Positions 1-9,357 of a stretch of 64,000 nucleotides of DNA are shown piece after piece. Position 1 is the stretch's first letter. Every line of letters starts with the position of its first letter. The position numbers and the translations under genes were made by a program. This stretch comes from Lactobacillus sp. (lineage in GTDB: Bacteria > Bacillota > Bacilli > Lactobacillales > Lactobacillaceae), in assembly GCA_022641965.1 (NCBI GenBank), contig JALCDX010000006.1:2231-66230 (forward strand). Direction: 5' to 3'. Below the pieces are notes generated by a model. The model saw only the letters and a program-made list of their open reading frames with translations, searched no databases and had not been told where the DNA came from.

Positions 1-663
1 AAGTATGGCGTGACGATTAAGCTGAAGAACTTTACGGATTACAACCAGCCAAACAAGGCTTTGCAAAACGGCGACATTGATTTGAACGCCTTCCAGCACC
101 AAGCTTTCTTGGATGCTTGGAACAAGGCTAACCACGGCAAGGTCGTTTCAATTGGCAAGACCGTGATCGCGCCAATTCGTTTGTACTCTAAGAAATACAA
201 GCATTTGAAAGACTTGCCAAACGGAGCAACGATCGCTGTTCCAAACGATGCTTCTAACGAAAGCCGGGCCCTGTATGTTTTGAAAAATGCTGGTTTAATC
301 ACCTTTAAGAAGGGAACTGGCAAGCTCGCTACGGTCGCTGACATTGCTAAAAACAAGAAGAACTTAAAGATCAAAGAGCTGGCGGCTGATCAATGTGCAC
401 GGGCACTTGACGATGTAGCTGGTGCAGTTGTCAACAACACCTACGCAATTCCAGCAAAATTAACTGAAAAGCAAGTTATCTACACTGAACCTGTTAACAA
501 GGATTCAGAACAATGGATCAACATCATTGCTGCCAACAAGAAGGACCGCAACAATGAAGCTTACAAGGACGTTGTTAAAGCTTTCCAAACCAAAGCTGTT
601 AAACGCTTGTACCACAAGTACTTTGGCGATACTGAAGAAACCGCTTGGGACTTGAAGCTGTAA
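1..663 (+). CDS. metQ: Methionine ABC transporter substrate-binding lipoprotein (MetQ/NlpA family), 5'-truncated by window edge
   Basis: Motifs DYNQPNKAL, GDIDLNAFQH, IAVPNDASNESRAL; frame open from base 1; upstream of metN/metI. Confidence 0.9.
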   Translation, partial: KYGVTIKLKNFTDYNQPNKALQNGDIDLNAFQHQAFLDAWNKANHGKVVSIGKTVIAPIRLYSKKYKHLKDLPNGATIAVPNDASNESRALYVLKNAGLITFKKGTGKLATVADIAKNKKNLKIKELAADQCARALDDVAGAVVNNTYAIPAKLTEKQVIYTEPVNKDSEQWINIIAANKKDRNNEAYKDVVKAFQTKAVKRLYHKYFGDTEETAWDLKL

Positions 664-690
664 AGATCACTGATTAAGGAGAGGCAGAAT

Positions 691-1755
691 ATGGCAGACA
701 TCATTAGTTTGGACCACTTGAGCGTGACTTTTCCGCAAGGAAAAGAAACCTCAATCAAAGCAGTCGACGATATTACCCTGCATGTGGCAAAAGGCGATAT
801 TTTTGGAGTGGTTGGCTACTCTGGCGCTGGCAAATCGACTTTAGTGCGGACGATCAACCTCCTGCAGAAGCCATCATCTGGCACGGTCAAAGTGGTTGGC
901 AAAACTTTATTTGCTGATGGGCAGACGGCTATTTCCAAAAAAGAATTGCAAACTACTCGCCGGCAAATCGGGATGATTTTCCAGCATTTCAACTTGCTGA
1001 ATGAAAATACCGTGTTAGACAATGTGATGTTTGCTTTAAAACACAGTCCGCTCTCAGATGAGGAAGTTGAGCAAAAATCACTGAAGCTGCTCGATCTGGT
1101 TGGCCTAAAAGACAAGGCTGACAATTATCCAGTTCAGCTGTCCGGCGGCGAGCAGCAGCGGGTAGCCATTGCTCGCGCGCTAGCCAATGACCCTGAAATT
1201 TTAATTTCAGATGAAGCTACCAGTGCGCTAGACCCGCGCAATACCAATCAAATTTTGGACCTGCTAAAAGATTTAAACCAAAAGCTGGGTTTAACGATTG
1301 TTTTGATTACCCACGAAATGGATGCAGTTAAGCGAGTAGCTAATAAAATTGCCGTGATGCAAAATGGTCGTATCGTTGAACAAGGCAAACTGCTCGATGT
1401 CTACCTGCGGCCCAAGACAAAACTAGCTCGGCAATTCGTTGGCGGATCACTGGCTGCCATTGAAACCTTGCGGGCCTTTGATTTAGGAAAATTAGGACCA
1501 GATGAAGAATTGTTCCAAGTCGTCTTCAGCGCTCAAACCGTGACTAAGTCGGTTATCTTGGACTTGTATAAGCAGCTGGGCGTTGATGTGTCCATGCTGT
1601 ATGGCAACATTGAAGTTCTGGGCAGTCAGCCAGTTGGGACGATGTTTATTTTGGTTAAAGGCACGCCTGCCCAGCTGCAGCAAGTGCCGGAGCTGTTAAA
1701 GGGCGGACATGTTGAAGTAACGAAGATTGATGATCGGGGGATCTGGAATGACTGA
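691..1755 (+). CDS. metN: Methionine ABC transporter ATP-binding protein
   Basis: Walker [28 protein letters not shown]-terminal NIL-like domain. Confidence 0.92.
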   Translation: MADIISLDHLSVTFPQGKETSIKAVDDITLHVAKGDIFGVVGYSGAGKSTLVRTINLLQKPSSGTVKVVGKTLFADGQTAISKKELQTTRRQIGMIFQHFNLLNENTVLDNVMFALKHSPLSDEEVEQKSLKLLDLVGLKDKADNYPVQLSGGEQQRVAIARALANDPEILISDEATSALDPRNTNQILDLLKDLNQKLGLTIVLITHEMDAVKRVANKIAVMQNGRIVEQGKLLDVYLRPKTKLARQFVGGSLAAIETLRAFDLGKLGPDEELFQVVFSAQTVTKSVILDLYKQLGVDVSMLYGNIEVLGSQPVGTMFILVKGTPAQLQQVPELLKGGHVEVTKIDDRGIWND

Positions 1756-2449
1756 GTTTATTGCAAAAACGATGCCGAATGTGCTCAGACTTGGCTGGGG
1801 CGGCGACAGCGGCTGGGGCACAGCCATTTGGCAGACAATTTATATGACTTTTTGGCCAGCTATTTTTGGCGGGTTGCTCGGCTTGATCTTCGGCGTCATC
1901 TTGGTAGTCGCTAAACCTGGCGGCATTATGGAAAACCATTTTTGGTTCAGTTTCAGCGATAAGCTAGTGTCCCTGTTCCGGGCAATTCCATTTATCATTT
2001 TGCTAGCTTTTATTGCACCATTTACGCAATTGCTGGTTGGCACGCAAATCGGAACGACTGCTGCTTTAGTGCCATTATCTTTAGGCGTTTTTCCATTTTA
2101 TGCCCGGCAAGTGCAAGTTGCTTTAGAAAGCGTCGATAGCGGCAAGGTTGAGGCAGCGCTAGCTTTAGGCGCAACAAATTCAGACATAATTTTTGACGTG
2201 TACCTGCGTGAAGCTAGATCAGAATTAGTACGGGTTTCAACCGTAACGTTGATCAGCTTGGTGGGGTTAACTGCTATGGCTGGTGCGATTGGTGCTGGCG
2301 GCTTAGGTAACACCGCGATTGCTTATGGCTACAACCGTTTTAACAATGATGTGACTTTAGTAGCCACACTGCTGGTCCTGCTGCTGGTGATTATTATTCA
2401 ATTGGTTGGCGATGCGCTGGCTAAGCGTTTGAATCACCAAGACCGGTAG
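1748..2449 (+). CDS. metI: Methionine ABC transporter permease
   Basis: [28 protein letters not shown] motifs; ATG at 1748 overlaps the metN end. Confidence 0.9.
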   Translation: MTEFIAKTMPNVLRLGWGGDSGWGTAIWQTIYMTFWPAIFGGLLGLIFGVILVVAKPGGIMENHFWFSFSDKLVSLFRAIPFIILLAFIAPFTQLLVGTQIGTTAALVPLSLGVFPFYARQVQVALESVDSGKVEAALALGATNSDIIFDVYLREARSELVRVSTVTLISLVGLTAMAGAIGAGGLGNTAIAYGYNRFNNDVTLVATLLVLLLVIIIQLVGDALAKRLNHQDR

Positions 2450-2474
2450 GAGAGTTTGAAAGAAGGCAATTTCC

Positions 2475-3623
2475 ATGGATAAGGAAGCAAAACTGCAAGT
2501 TTTAAAAGATCTGATTGCGATCAATTCTGCTAATGGCAATGAAATTGAAGTAGCTGAATATTTGCAAAAACTGCTGGCTAAGCATGGCATTGAAGCTAAA
2601 ATTGATGCTTTTGGCGATAAACGTGCCAATTTAACTTTTGAGTTAGGGGAAGGCAAGCAAATTTTAGGCATTACTGGTCACTTGGATACGGTTGCGTTAG
2701 GCGATTTATCAGAATGGAAGCATGATCCGCTGACTGCAACAGTGGAAGGCGACAAGCTATATGGACGCGGAGCAGCTGATATGAAAAGCGGCTTGGCTGC
2801 TCAGATCATTGCCCTGATTGAACTCCATGAAGCAGGCAAAGTGCCGGGGCATCTTCGCTTTATTGGCACAGCCGGTGAAGAGTATGGGACGCCAGGTGCT
2901 GATCGGCTTGAGGCTAATGGGATTGCCAAAGATTTATCTGCCTTGCTCGTGGGTGAACCAAGCAGCGGGAATGTAATTTTTGCCCACTCAGGCTGCTATA
3001 ACTACCGAATTGTCAGCAAGGGCCAATCAGTGCATGCTTCAGAGCCTGAACGCGGGCTGAATGCGTTAGATAGTTTGATCGATTACTGCGTGGCCGAGCG
3101 GAATTTGTTTGCGTACGCACCAGAAGATAAAGACTTGGGCGTAGTTAAGCATTCAGTTACAATCATTAAGGGCGGCGAACAGATCAATACGATTCCGGAT
3201 GCCGCTGAGCTGCGCGGCAATATTCGGCCAACGAATGCCTTTAATAACGATCAAGTTACGGCCAGAATTAAAGCAGCGGTGGCTAAAATCAATGCCAAAG
3301 GCAAAGCACAGCTTACTTTTAGCATTATCCATGATTGGTGGCCAGTTGCTTCAGATAAAGACAGTGACTTTATACAGGAGACTTTAAAAGCTGCCCAGGC
3401 AGCTTATGCCGACTACCCAGAGCATAGTAAGCCGAAACTGGCGACGATGAATGGGGCCACGGATGCATCAGTTTTTGTTAAGCATCATCAGGGACTGCCA
3501 GTCATTGTGTTAGGAGCAGATGAATGGTCAGTGGCTCACCAGATTAATGAATTTACAACGATTTCTAGCTATTTGGCAACAATCGCTGCTTATAAGAATG
3601 CGATTCAAAGCTATTTTGCATAA
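2475..3623 (+). CDS. M20 family ArgE/DapE-like deacylase
   Basis: GHLDTV, LYGRGAADMKSG, GEE, GEPS and AHQINE metal-binding motifs. Confidence 0.88.
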   Translation: MDKEAKLQVLKDLIAINSANGNEIEVAEYLQKLLAKHGIEAKIDAFGDKRANLTFELGEGKQILGITGHLDTVALGDLSEWKHDPLTATVEGDKLYGRGAADMKSGLAAQIIALIELHEAGKVPGHLRFIGTAGEEYGTPGADRLEANGIAKDLSALLVGEPSSGNVIFAHSGCYNYRIVSKGQSVHASEPERGLNALDSLIDYCVAERNLFAYAPEDKDLGVVKHSVTIIKGGEQINTIPDAAELRGNIRPTNAFNNDQVTARIKAAVAKINAKGKAQLTFSIIHDWWPVASDKDSDFIQETLKAAQAAYADYPEHSKPKLATMNGATDASVFVKHHQGLPVIVLGADEWSVAHQINEFTTISSYLATIAAYKNAIQSYFA

Positions 3624-3638
3624 AAATTGAGAGAAATG

Positions 3639-3676
3639 AAATGACCCAGATCATTGCGATCTGGGTCATTTTTTTT
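3639..3676 (+). terminator. Intrinsic terminator of the met/deacylase operon
   Basis: AAATGACCCAGATC-attgc-GATCTGGGTCATTT followed by a T run. Confidence 0.85.
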
Positions 3677-3730
3677 CGCTGATTATTTCTTATGATATAC
3701 CTATATCTTTTTAATTAGCGGCCATGTTAA

Positions 3731-3909
3731 AATAAAAAAGTGCACTGGTTGCCACCAATGCACGAGCAAAAAATAAAGAGGTGACCGCTTTTGGCGATGT
3801 TCTTTATTGCGCTTGGCTGTTGGTGTATTCCCGTACACCAGAACAAGAGCGCTAACTTTCGCTAAGCTATCAGCCCAATTGTTTAACACAATGTTGTTAA
3901 TCATTTACT
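3731..3909 (-). ncRNA. Putative ~180-nt small RNA, copy 1 (family unknown)
   Basis: Minus-strand TCGATA-17nt-TACAAT promoter with TG extension (-10 at 3916-3921); internal hairpin GGTGTA-loop-TACACC; terminator GTGCATTGGT-GGCA-ACCAGTGCAC-T6. Confidence 0.55.
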
Positions 3910-3977
3910 GATAACATTGTAGCATGGTTTAGCGACTTTATCGACCGTCTGGCTTTGGCTAGGCGGTTTTTCTGTTG
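3734..3977. repeat. Copy 1 of a ~240-bp diverged direct repeat (structured ncRNA-like unit)
   Basis: Aligns colinearly by eye with 4536-4770; shared blocks include GTACACCAGAACAAGAGCGCTA, CGCTAAGCTATCAGCCCAATTGTT and TTGTAGCATGGTTTAGCGACTT. Confidence 0.9.
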
Positions 3978-4131
3978 ATAAGGGAATTAAATATTAAAAC
4001 TGATTCTTAGGATATTTTGCTTAATTAATATTAAACAACTGAATTGTTATAGTTACAAATTAATGACTAATGCTTTCATCGAGTATATAATCATGCATTA
4101 AAGAGATGCAAAATTGAGGAGCTGAATATAC

Positions 4132-4470
4132 ATGAGCAGGGCTAAATTAATGACCTACAAAGGTTATCACGGTACAGTGGAATACTCATTAGAAGATAAT
4201 TTGTTGTTTGGCAAGGTGATTGGCATCAAGGGATTGATTCTGTATCAAGGAAAAACTATTGAAGAACTGCGCCAAGAATTTCATGCCATGATCGATGATT
4301 ATTTGAATTATTGTCATAAAAAGGGAATTAAACCTGAAAAAGAATATAAGGGTCAGTTTAATGTCCGCATCGATCCCAAGCTACATGCAGCATTAGCTAA
4401 TTATTCTGCGGCCAATCATCAAACCTTAAATAAAAGTGTTGAGCAAGCAATTGCTCAATTTCTTGATTAA
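4132..4470 (+). CDS. hicB: HicB-family type II antitoxin (orphan, no hicA)
   Basis: MTYKGYHGTVEYSLEDNLLFGKV...PEKEYKGQFNVRIDPKLH: HicB N-domain plus RHH C-terminus. Confidence 0.85.
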   Translation: MSRAKLMTYKGYHGTVEYSLEDNLLFGKVIGIKGLILYQGKTIEELRQEFHAMIDDYLNYCHKKGIKPEKEYKGQFNVRIDPKLHAALANYSAANHQTLNKSVEQAIAQFLD

Positions 4471-4481
4471 TTCACATCAAA

Positions 4482-4519
4482 AAAGGCTCAGATCTTTCGC
4501 TCTGAGCCTTTGTCTTTTT
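4482..4519 (+). terminator. Intrinsic terminator after hicB
   Basis: AAAGGCTCAGA-loop-TCTGAGCCTTT then T-rich tail. Confidence 0.8.
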
Positions 4520-4534
4520 GCTTAGCAGCAATGT

Positions 4535-4702
4535 GAAAAAAGTGCACTGGCTACACCAATGCACAAGTAACATATAAGGGGTGATCTCTTTTGGGACGTT
4601 CTTTATTGCACTTGGCTGGTGGTGTATTCGCAGTACACCAGAACAAGAGCGCTACCGCTAAGCTATCAGCCCAATTGTTGAATACAATATTCACCAATTC
4701 CT
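4535..4702 (-). ncRNA. Putative ~170-nt small RNA, copy 2
   Basis: TCGATT-17nt-TACAAT promoter with TG extension (-10 at 4709-4714); same hairpins; terminator GTGCATTGG-TGTAG-CCAGTGCAC-T6. Confidence 0.55.
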
Positions 4703-4770
4703 GATAATATTGTAGCATGGTTTAGCGACTTAATCGACCGTCTGGCTTTGGCTGGACGGTTTTTCTGTTG
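4536..4770. repeat. Copy 2 of the diverged direct repeat (ncRNA-like unit)
   Basis: Colinear with 3734-3977; substitutions keep the stems paired. Confidence 0.9.
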
Positions 4771-4824
4771 TCTAACTGCAAGCAAAAAGCCCGAATCTTA
4801 TGATCCGAGCTTTGCACCAATTTT

Positions 4825-6144
4825 CTATGCTAATGAGTCCCAAGCTGGCAGCGGCGTTGCTTCGCCTTCAGCTAATTTGACTTGTTCAGCTGTCAAATAC
4901 TTCTTGTGTACAACAACTTCGTAAACATAGTCATTGAACCAATCATTGTCCATAACGAAGAAGCCTTTAGCACCAGATTTGTCGCCCCAAGAGTTTTCAA
5001 CTTTCCACTGACGGATGTCGCCCTTGTCTTCATCAACGCCAACTAAGGTCATCGCGTGTGAAACCTCGCCAGCGCCAGTTTCCAGCCGTTCTTTTTTGCT
5101 CATTTTAGAGTCAATGCCAAATAATTCGTCCAATTTGTACAAACTGGTTGATAAGTAGCCAGTCTTGCGGTCCATTTGCCGTAAAACATCATTGCCGAAC
5201 CAAACAGCTTCGCCATCCTTTAATTGGGCAATGGCTGCTTGTGACAAATATTCCATTGGCACATTCAAAAACTCAACTTCGTACTTACCGTTAACATTGT
5301 CTTCGCATGGCATAGAGTAAAGCTTGTTGTATTCATGGTCAGGTGCATTGGTCAAAACGACGTAATCTGACAAATCAACATTCTTGAAGTATTTGTGGAA
5401 AAATTCCAGCGGCGTTAAATTCTTGTCCAGATGGTAGCCTTTCTTGTCATCGCGGTATTCTAAATCGAAGTGCTTTGGCGGCTCGCCCACAGCCATTGCC
5501 GTCATCCGGTAAACTTGACCTAAAAATTCTTTGCGTTTAGCAGCCAGTTCATCCTCTTGACCGTATTGCTTCAAATGACGCAATACTAGCGCATCTTTTT
5601 TCAGCTTGCGGCCTAATGCATCAGCAAAGCCAGTCGTATCATTGGTATTAAACGTTTCTGGCATAGCGTAGGAAGGAACTACCCCATACTTTTCAACCAG
5701 GGAAATAGCCATGTGCCATTGGCCGCCGTCACCGCCAGCCATATCAAGCAAGGCGCGGACTTCGCGGTCGTTTAGCGGCTTGTCTGCGGTGTCGATGATT
5801 TGGTCGTAGAAAATATTAGCCCGTTCAATCTTATCCCAGAAGAAGTTGTAAGCTTGCGACAGGGTAAAGTTTTTGGCGTGGTATTGTTTGCCAAAACTGT
5901 GCCGCAGCACATTTAAAGTAGCAAATAGCCAGCAACGGCCAGAATGCTTTTGGTTGGTGACATTGTCGGTGTCCAGCTCAGTTGAGAAGACCCGGTTTAA
6001 TTTGCCTTCAACTCGGTCGTTAAAAGCAGCTTCTAGCAAGCCGCTGCGTTTGGCAGCCCGTGCGACTACTTGATTTTTCGGATCGGCATTGAAATCAGCT
6101 GAAAAATCAGCAATTTCCTGCAATGTTAATTCATGTTTCTTCAT
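4825..6144 (-). CDS. pepE: C1B cysteine peptidase (bleomycin-hydrolase family), PepE/PepG type
   Basis: NQKHSGRCWLFA catalytic Cys, SHAMTLVG, WKVENSWG; N-terminus resembles lactobacillus PepE. Confidence 0.85.
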   Translation of the reverse strand: MKKHELTLQEIADFSADFNADPKNQVVARAAKRSGLLEAAFNDRVEGKLNRVFSTELDTDNVTNQKHSGRCWLFATLNVLRHSFGKQYHAKNFTLSQAYNFFWDKIERANIFYDQIIDTADKPLNDREVRALLDMAGGDGGQWHMAISLVEKYGVVPSYAMPETFNTNDTTGFADALGRKLKKDALVLRHLKQYGQEDELAAKRKEFLGQVYRMTAMAVGEPPKHFDLEYRDDKKGYHLDKNLTPLEFFHKYFKNVDLSDYVVLTNAPDHEYNKLYSMPCEDNVNGKYEVEFLNVPMEYLSQAAIAQLKDGEAVWFGNDVLRQMDRKTGYLSTSLYKLDELFGIDSKMSKKERLETGAGEVSHAMTLVGVDEDKGDIRQWKVENSWGDKSGAKGFFVMDNDWFNDYVYEVVVHKKYLTAEQVKLAEGEATPLPAWDSLA

Positions 6145-6184
6145 GCAATGACTCCTTTGTTTGCGTATTCAATTAATTATACCC

Positions 6185-6571
6185 TTAACGCAGGTCTTCT
6201 TTGATCTTAGAAGTGGAAATGCCTGGCGTGCGCGGCAAGTAAACAACTTTGCAATAAGGCTTCAAAAAGTCGAATTGACCTTCCCAATCGCTGCCCATGA
6301 CGAAAATATCAACGTGGTATTTTTTGACGTCAGCAATTTTTTGATTCCAATCTTTTTCGGGGATGACTTTGTCAACGTATCTGATTGATTCCAGGATGTA
6401 CTTGCGCTCAGCATAGTCGTTGTAAGCTTCTTTATGCTTTTTCATGGAATTGAATTCATCTGTTGACAGGCCGACAATCAGATAGTCGCCCAGAGCCTTT
6501 GCCCGCTTGAGCAAACGCACGTGGCCGTAATGCAGCAGGTCAAAGGTTCCGTAAGTAATAACAGTCTTCAT
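6185..6571 (-). CDS. tagD: Glycerol-3-phosphate cytidylyltransferase
   Basis: MKTVITYGTFDLLHYGH (HxGH), RTPGISTSKIK; ATG at 6571 after a GGAG RBS. Confidence 0.93.
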   Translation of the reverse strand: MKTVITYGTFDLLHYGHVRLLKRAKALGDYLIVGLSTDEFNSMKKHKEAYNDYAERKYILESIRYVDKVIPEKDWNQKIADVKKYHVDIFVMGSDWEGQFDFLKPYCKVVYLPRTPGISTSKIKEDLR

Positions 6572-6691
6572 ATTATGCTCCTTTGCAATCCAACTACATT
6601 TTAACAAATTGATAAGTTAAGACGAAAGGGCTTCCATTATTATCATGAAAATATTATTTTTGATAAAATGTAGGCAAGATTGAGGAGAATT

Positions 6692-7834
6692 ATGAAAAGT
6701 TTTTTATTTCGCATCTATCTAAACCTGATCAAGCTGGTGCTGGGTTTTACCCGGACCGATGATCATTTGTATGTTGTTTTAAATGGGGCTGGCCGGTCAG
6801 GTTCTAACGGCTATGTGTTTTACCAGTATTTGAAAAAACAGCACCCAGAAGTGGAGGCAGTTTTGGTTGAGCCATGGCCTAGTTCACACTTGTCTTGGAG
6901 CGCCTGGCTAAAAATTGGGCGGGCCAAATATTTGTTTACGACCCACCAGCCTTTCAAAATCAAGCGCGACCAAATTTGTACCTGCTTTTGGCACGGAATT
7001 CCGCTGAAGCGGATGGGCTTTATGGCCGCTAATGACAGTTATGATAACGATGTCAAAAACCGCCGCGTTTGGCAGCATAATGCCGATCGGGTAATTTCTA
7101 GCGGGGATTTATATGAAACCCTCATGTCTGCCTGTGTGGGCATTGCGGGTTCTAAATACCGCGGGATCGGTTTTCCGCGGATCGATGCTTTGCTGCACCC
7201 AGAAATTTCCAAAGCTGAATTGTTAGCAGACTTGTTCAAGACCCAGGATGAGCAGGCTAAAATAGGGGTATACATGCCAACTTTTCGCTATGAGCTAGGT
7301 GATCCGCAGCTCATGGACGTAATTAAAGGTGGCAACTTTTTTGCTTTCCAGGATTTTGATGGGGCAGCCTTGAACGTTGAGCTGGCGAAGCTGCACCAAT
7401 ACTTGATCGTGAAGCTTCACCCTTATGAAATGAAGTTAATCCCGCAGAGTCAGCAGACTTATTCGCACCTGTGCTTTTTGAGCAATGATTATTTATTCTC
7501 CAAAAAGCTGGATCTTTACAGTCTGCTCGGTCAAACTGATTATCTGCTAACTGATTTTTCATCGATTTATTTCGATTACTTGCATTTAAATAAACCGGTC
7601 TTCTTTGTAACTAATTTCTTGCAGCGATATGAACAAGTACGCGGCTTGCTGCTGACTCCCTATGCTGAAGCAGTGCCTGGCGCAACTGTCAATAACCAGG
7701 AGGAAATGCTAGCAGCGTTAGCTAATTTAGAGCAAGATCAGTATCAGGCCAAGCGAAAGTATTGGCTGGATTTGACTTATCCAATTGAACGCGACCATAA
7801 TTGTGAGCGCAATTTTGCCAGTTTGCATAAATAA
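6692..7834 (+). CDS. CDP-glycerol glycerophosphotransferase family protein (TagF/TagB-like)
   Basis: WHGIPLKRMG, GFPRID, YMPTFR, VKLHP, LTDFSSIYFDY motifs. Confidence 0.88.
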   Translation: MKSFLFRIYLNLIKLVLGFTRTDDHLYVVLNGAGRSGSNGYVFYQYLKKQHPEVEAVLVEPWPSSHLSWSAWLKIGRAKYLFTTHQPFKIKRDQICTCFWHGIPLKRMGFMAANDSYDNDVKNRRVWQHNADRVISSGDLYETLMSACVGIAGSKYRGIGFPRIDALLHPEISKAELLADLFKTQDEQAKIGVYMPTFRYELGDPQLMDVIKGGNFFAFQDFDGAALNVELAKLHQYLIVKLHPYEMKLIPQSQQTYSHLCFLSNDYLFSKKLDLYSLLGQTDYLLTDFSSIYFDYLHLNKPVFFVTNFLQRYEQVRGLLLTPYAEAVPGATVNNQEEMLAALANLEQDQYQAKRKYWLDLTYPIERDHNCERNFASLHK

Positions 7835-7845
7835 GGTGAATTTTT

Positions 7846-9276
7846 GTGAGAAAAACCCTGTTAAATATTTTTTATAATGCCATTTATCAGATCTTTCTGG
7901 TATTAGTCCCGCTGATTACGGTCCCGTACTTGTCACGGACGCTAGGTCCCAGCAAATATGGGATCTATTCTAGTGTGAACAACACTACCCAGTTTTTGAT
8001 GGTGTTTTGCTCGCTGTCGATTTCTTACATTGGCATGCGGACTATTTCGCGGACTCGTGCTTACAGCACCCGAGAAGAATTAACCAATGCTTTTTGGGGA
8101 TTATGGTATTTCCAAGCTTTGGCCAGCCTGATCATGATTACCTGCACGGTGATTTTCTTGAATCTAGTGCATGTCCGCTATTGGAACTACTTGCTGCTCA
8201 TGGTGCCATTCATGATTTCTTCGCAGCTGGATATTTCATGGTTCTTCCAAGGCTTGGCTGAGTTCGGCAAGGTGGTTTTGCGGAATACCTTGGTAAAATT
8301 GTCTTCGGTCGTTTTGATCTTTTGGCTAGTCAAAAGCCCGGCTGATTTAAACAAATATTTGCTGATTATGTCTTTGTCGACCTTAGCGGGTTCGCTTGTC
8401 TTTTGGGTTGGCATTCGCAACTATGTTGACGGCCCAACGAAGCATTTTTACAAGTTCAAAGAATCAGCAATTGCGATTATTACTTTGCTGATTCCACAGA
8501 TCGCCACCCAAGTTTATACTTCATTAGATAAGCCGATGCTAGGCTGGTATCAAAATTCAACGCAGGTGTCGTTTTACGATAACTCGCAGCGAATTTCCAA
8601 CATGATTCTGGGTGTGATTACCTCAATTACGCTGGTGATGATGCCTAAGATGGCAGCCGAAGGCAAAGATAAGCAGCGGATTGTACTGAAAAAATCGTTG
8701 GAAGCCACAGTTATGCTGGGGATGCTGTTTGCCGTCGTGGTCATGGTCAATACTAAGCAATTCGTGCCTTTCTTCTTTGGCGAAAAGTATATTCCGATGA
8801 CAAACTTAATGTTTTGGTTTACTTTAACCATCGTCATCATTCCGCTCGGCGGAGTGTTTGCTAATCAGTTTGCTTTAGCTAATAAACGCGACCTTGATTA
8901 TGCGATTCCAGTGGTAATCGGAGCCGTATCAGAAGTGGTTTTGTCCTACTTCTTTGACAGGGCTTGGGCTGCTACTGGCGCTCTGATCGCCATTCTGATT
9001 ACTGAAGTGATTGTGTGCGTTTTGCGGCTATGGATCGTGCGCGACGCTTATGACTTCAAATACGTTTTCGCTGACGTTCCGAAGTACTTCTTGATTGCAC
9101 TGATTTCATTTGCAGCGGGGATGCTGATGCCAAATGTGATTCCGTCAGCATTTTTGAACATGTGTCTGAAATCGATTATCGTGATGGCCATTTATATTGG
9201 TCTCATGTTCCTGCTTAAATTAGATTTAAACCAAGACCTGCTGGTGATGGCCAAGAAATTTTTCCATCGCGGCTAG
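7846..9276 (+). CDS. Polysaccharide/teichoic acid flippase (Wzx/MOP family)
   Basis: NIFYNAIYQIFLVLVPLITVPYLSRTLG start, multiple TM helices, YTSLDKPMLG. Confidence 0.88.
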   Translation: MRKTLLNIFYNAIYQIFLVLVPLITVPYLSRTLGPSKYGIYSSVNNTTQFLMVFCSLSISYIGMRTISRTRAYSTREELTNAFWGLWYFQALASLIMITCTVIFLNLVHVRYWNYLLLMVPFMISSQLDISWFFQGLAEFGKVVLRNTLVKLSSVVLIFWLVKSPADLNKYLLIMSLSTLAGSLVFWVGIRNYVDGPTKHFYKFKESAIAIITLLIPQIATQVYTSLDKPMLGWYQNSTQVSFYDNSQRISNMILGVITSITLVMMPKMAAEGKDKQRIVLKKSLEATVMLGMLFAVVVMVNTKQFVPFFFGEKYIPMTNLMFWFTLTIVIIPLGGVFANQFALANKRDLDYAIPVVIGAVSEVVLSYFFDRAWAATGALIAILITEVIVCVLRLWIVRDAYDFKYVFADVPKYFLIALISFAAGMLMPNVIPSAFLNMCLKSIIVMAIYIGLMFLLKLDLNQDLLVMAKKFFHRG

Positions 9277-9283
9277 GCAGCAA

Positions 9284-9313
9284 AAAAAGCAAGCTCAGCT
9301 GAGCTTGCTTTTT
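9284..9313. terminator. Bidirectional terminator between flippase and hsp20
   Basis: Perfect 30-bp palindrome AAAAAGCAAGCTCAG|CTGAGCTTGCTTTTT between convergent genes. Confidence 0.85.
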
Positions 9314-9357
9314 GATATATCTGGATGAATGAAGATTTATTTAGTTAATGGATAAGC

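Noticed and set aside
3791-3865. Small plus-strand ORFs after the SD-like AAGAGGTGA/AAGGGGTGA in the two repeat copies (type I toxin candidates)
   Set aside because: Indels shift the frame between copies (LAMFFIALGCWCIPVHQNKSANFR vs LGRSLLHLAGGVFAVHQNKSATAK...). There is no conserved Fst or holin-like TM peptide, though Ribo-seq would be needed to exclude translation.
3701-3904. 67-aa minus-strand ORF in repeat copy 1
   Set aside because: Not preserved in copy 2, has no RBS, and runs through a terminator hairpin.
9284-9313. Perfect 30-bp palindrome as a recombination or operator site
   Set aside because: A-tract/T-tract flanks and position between convergent genes fit a bidirectional terminator.
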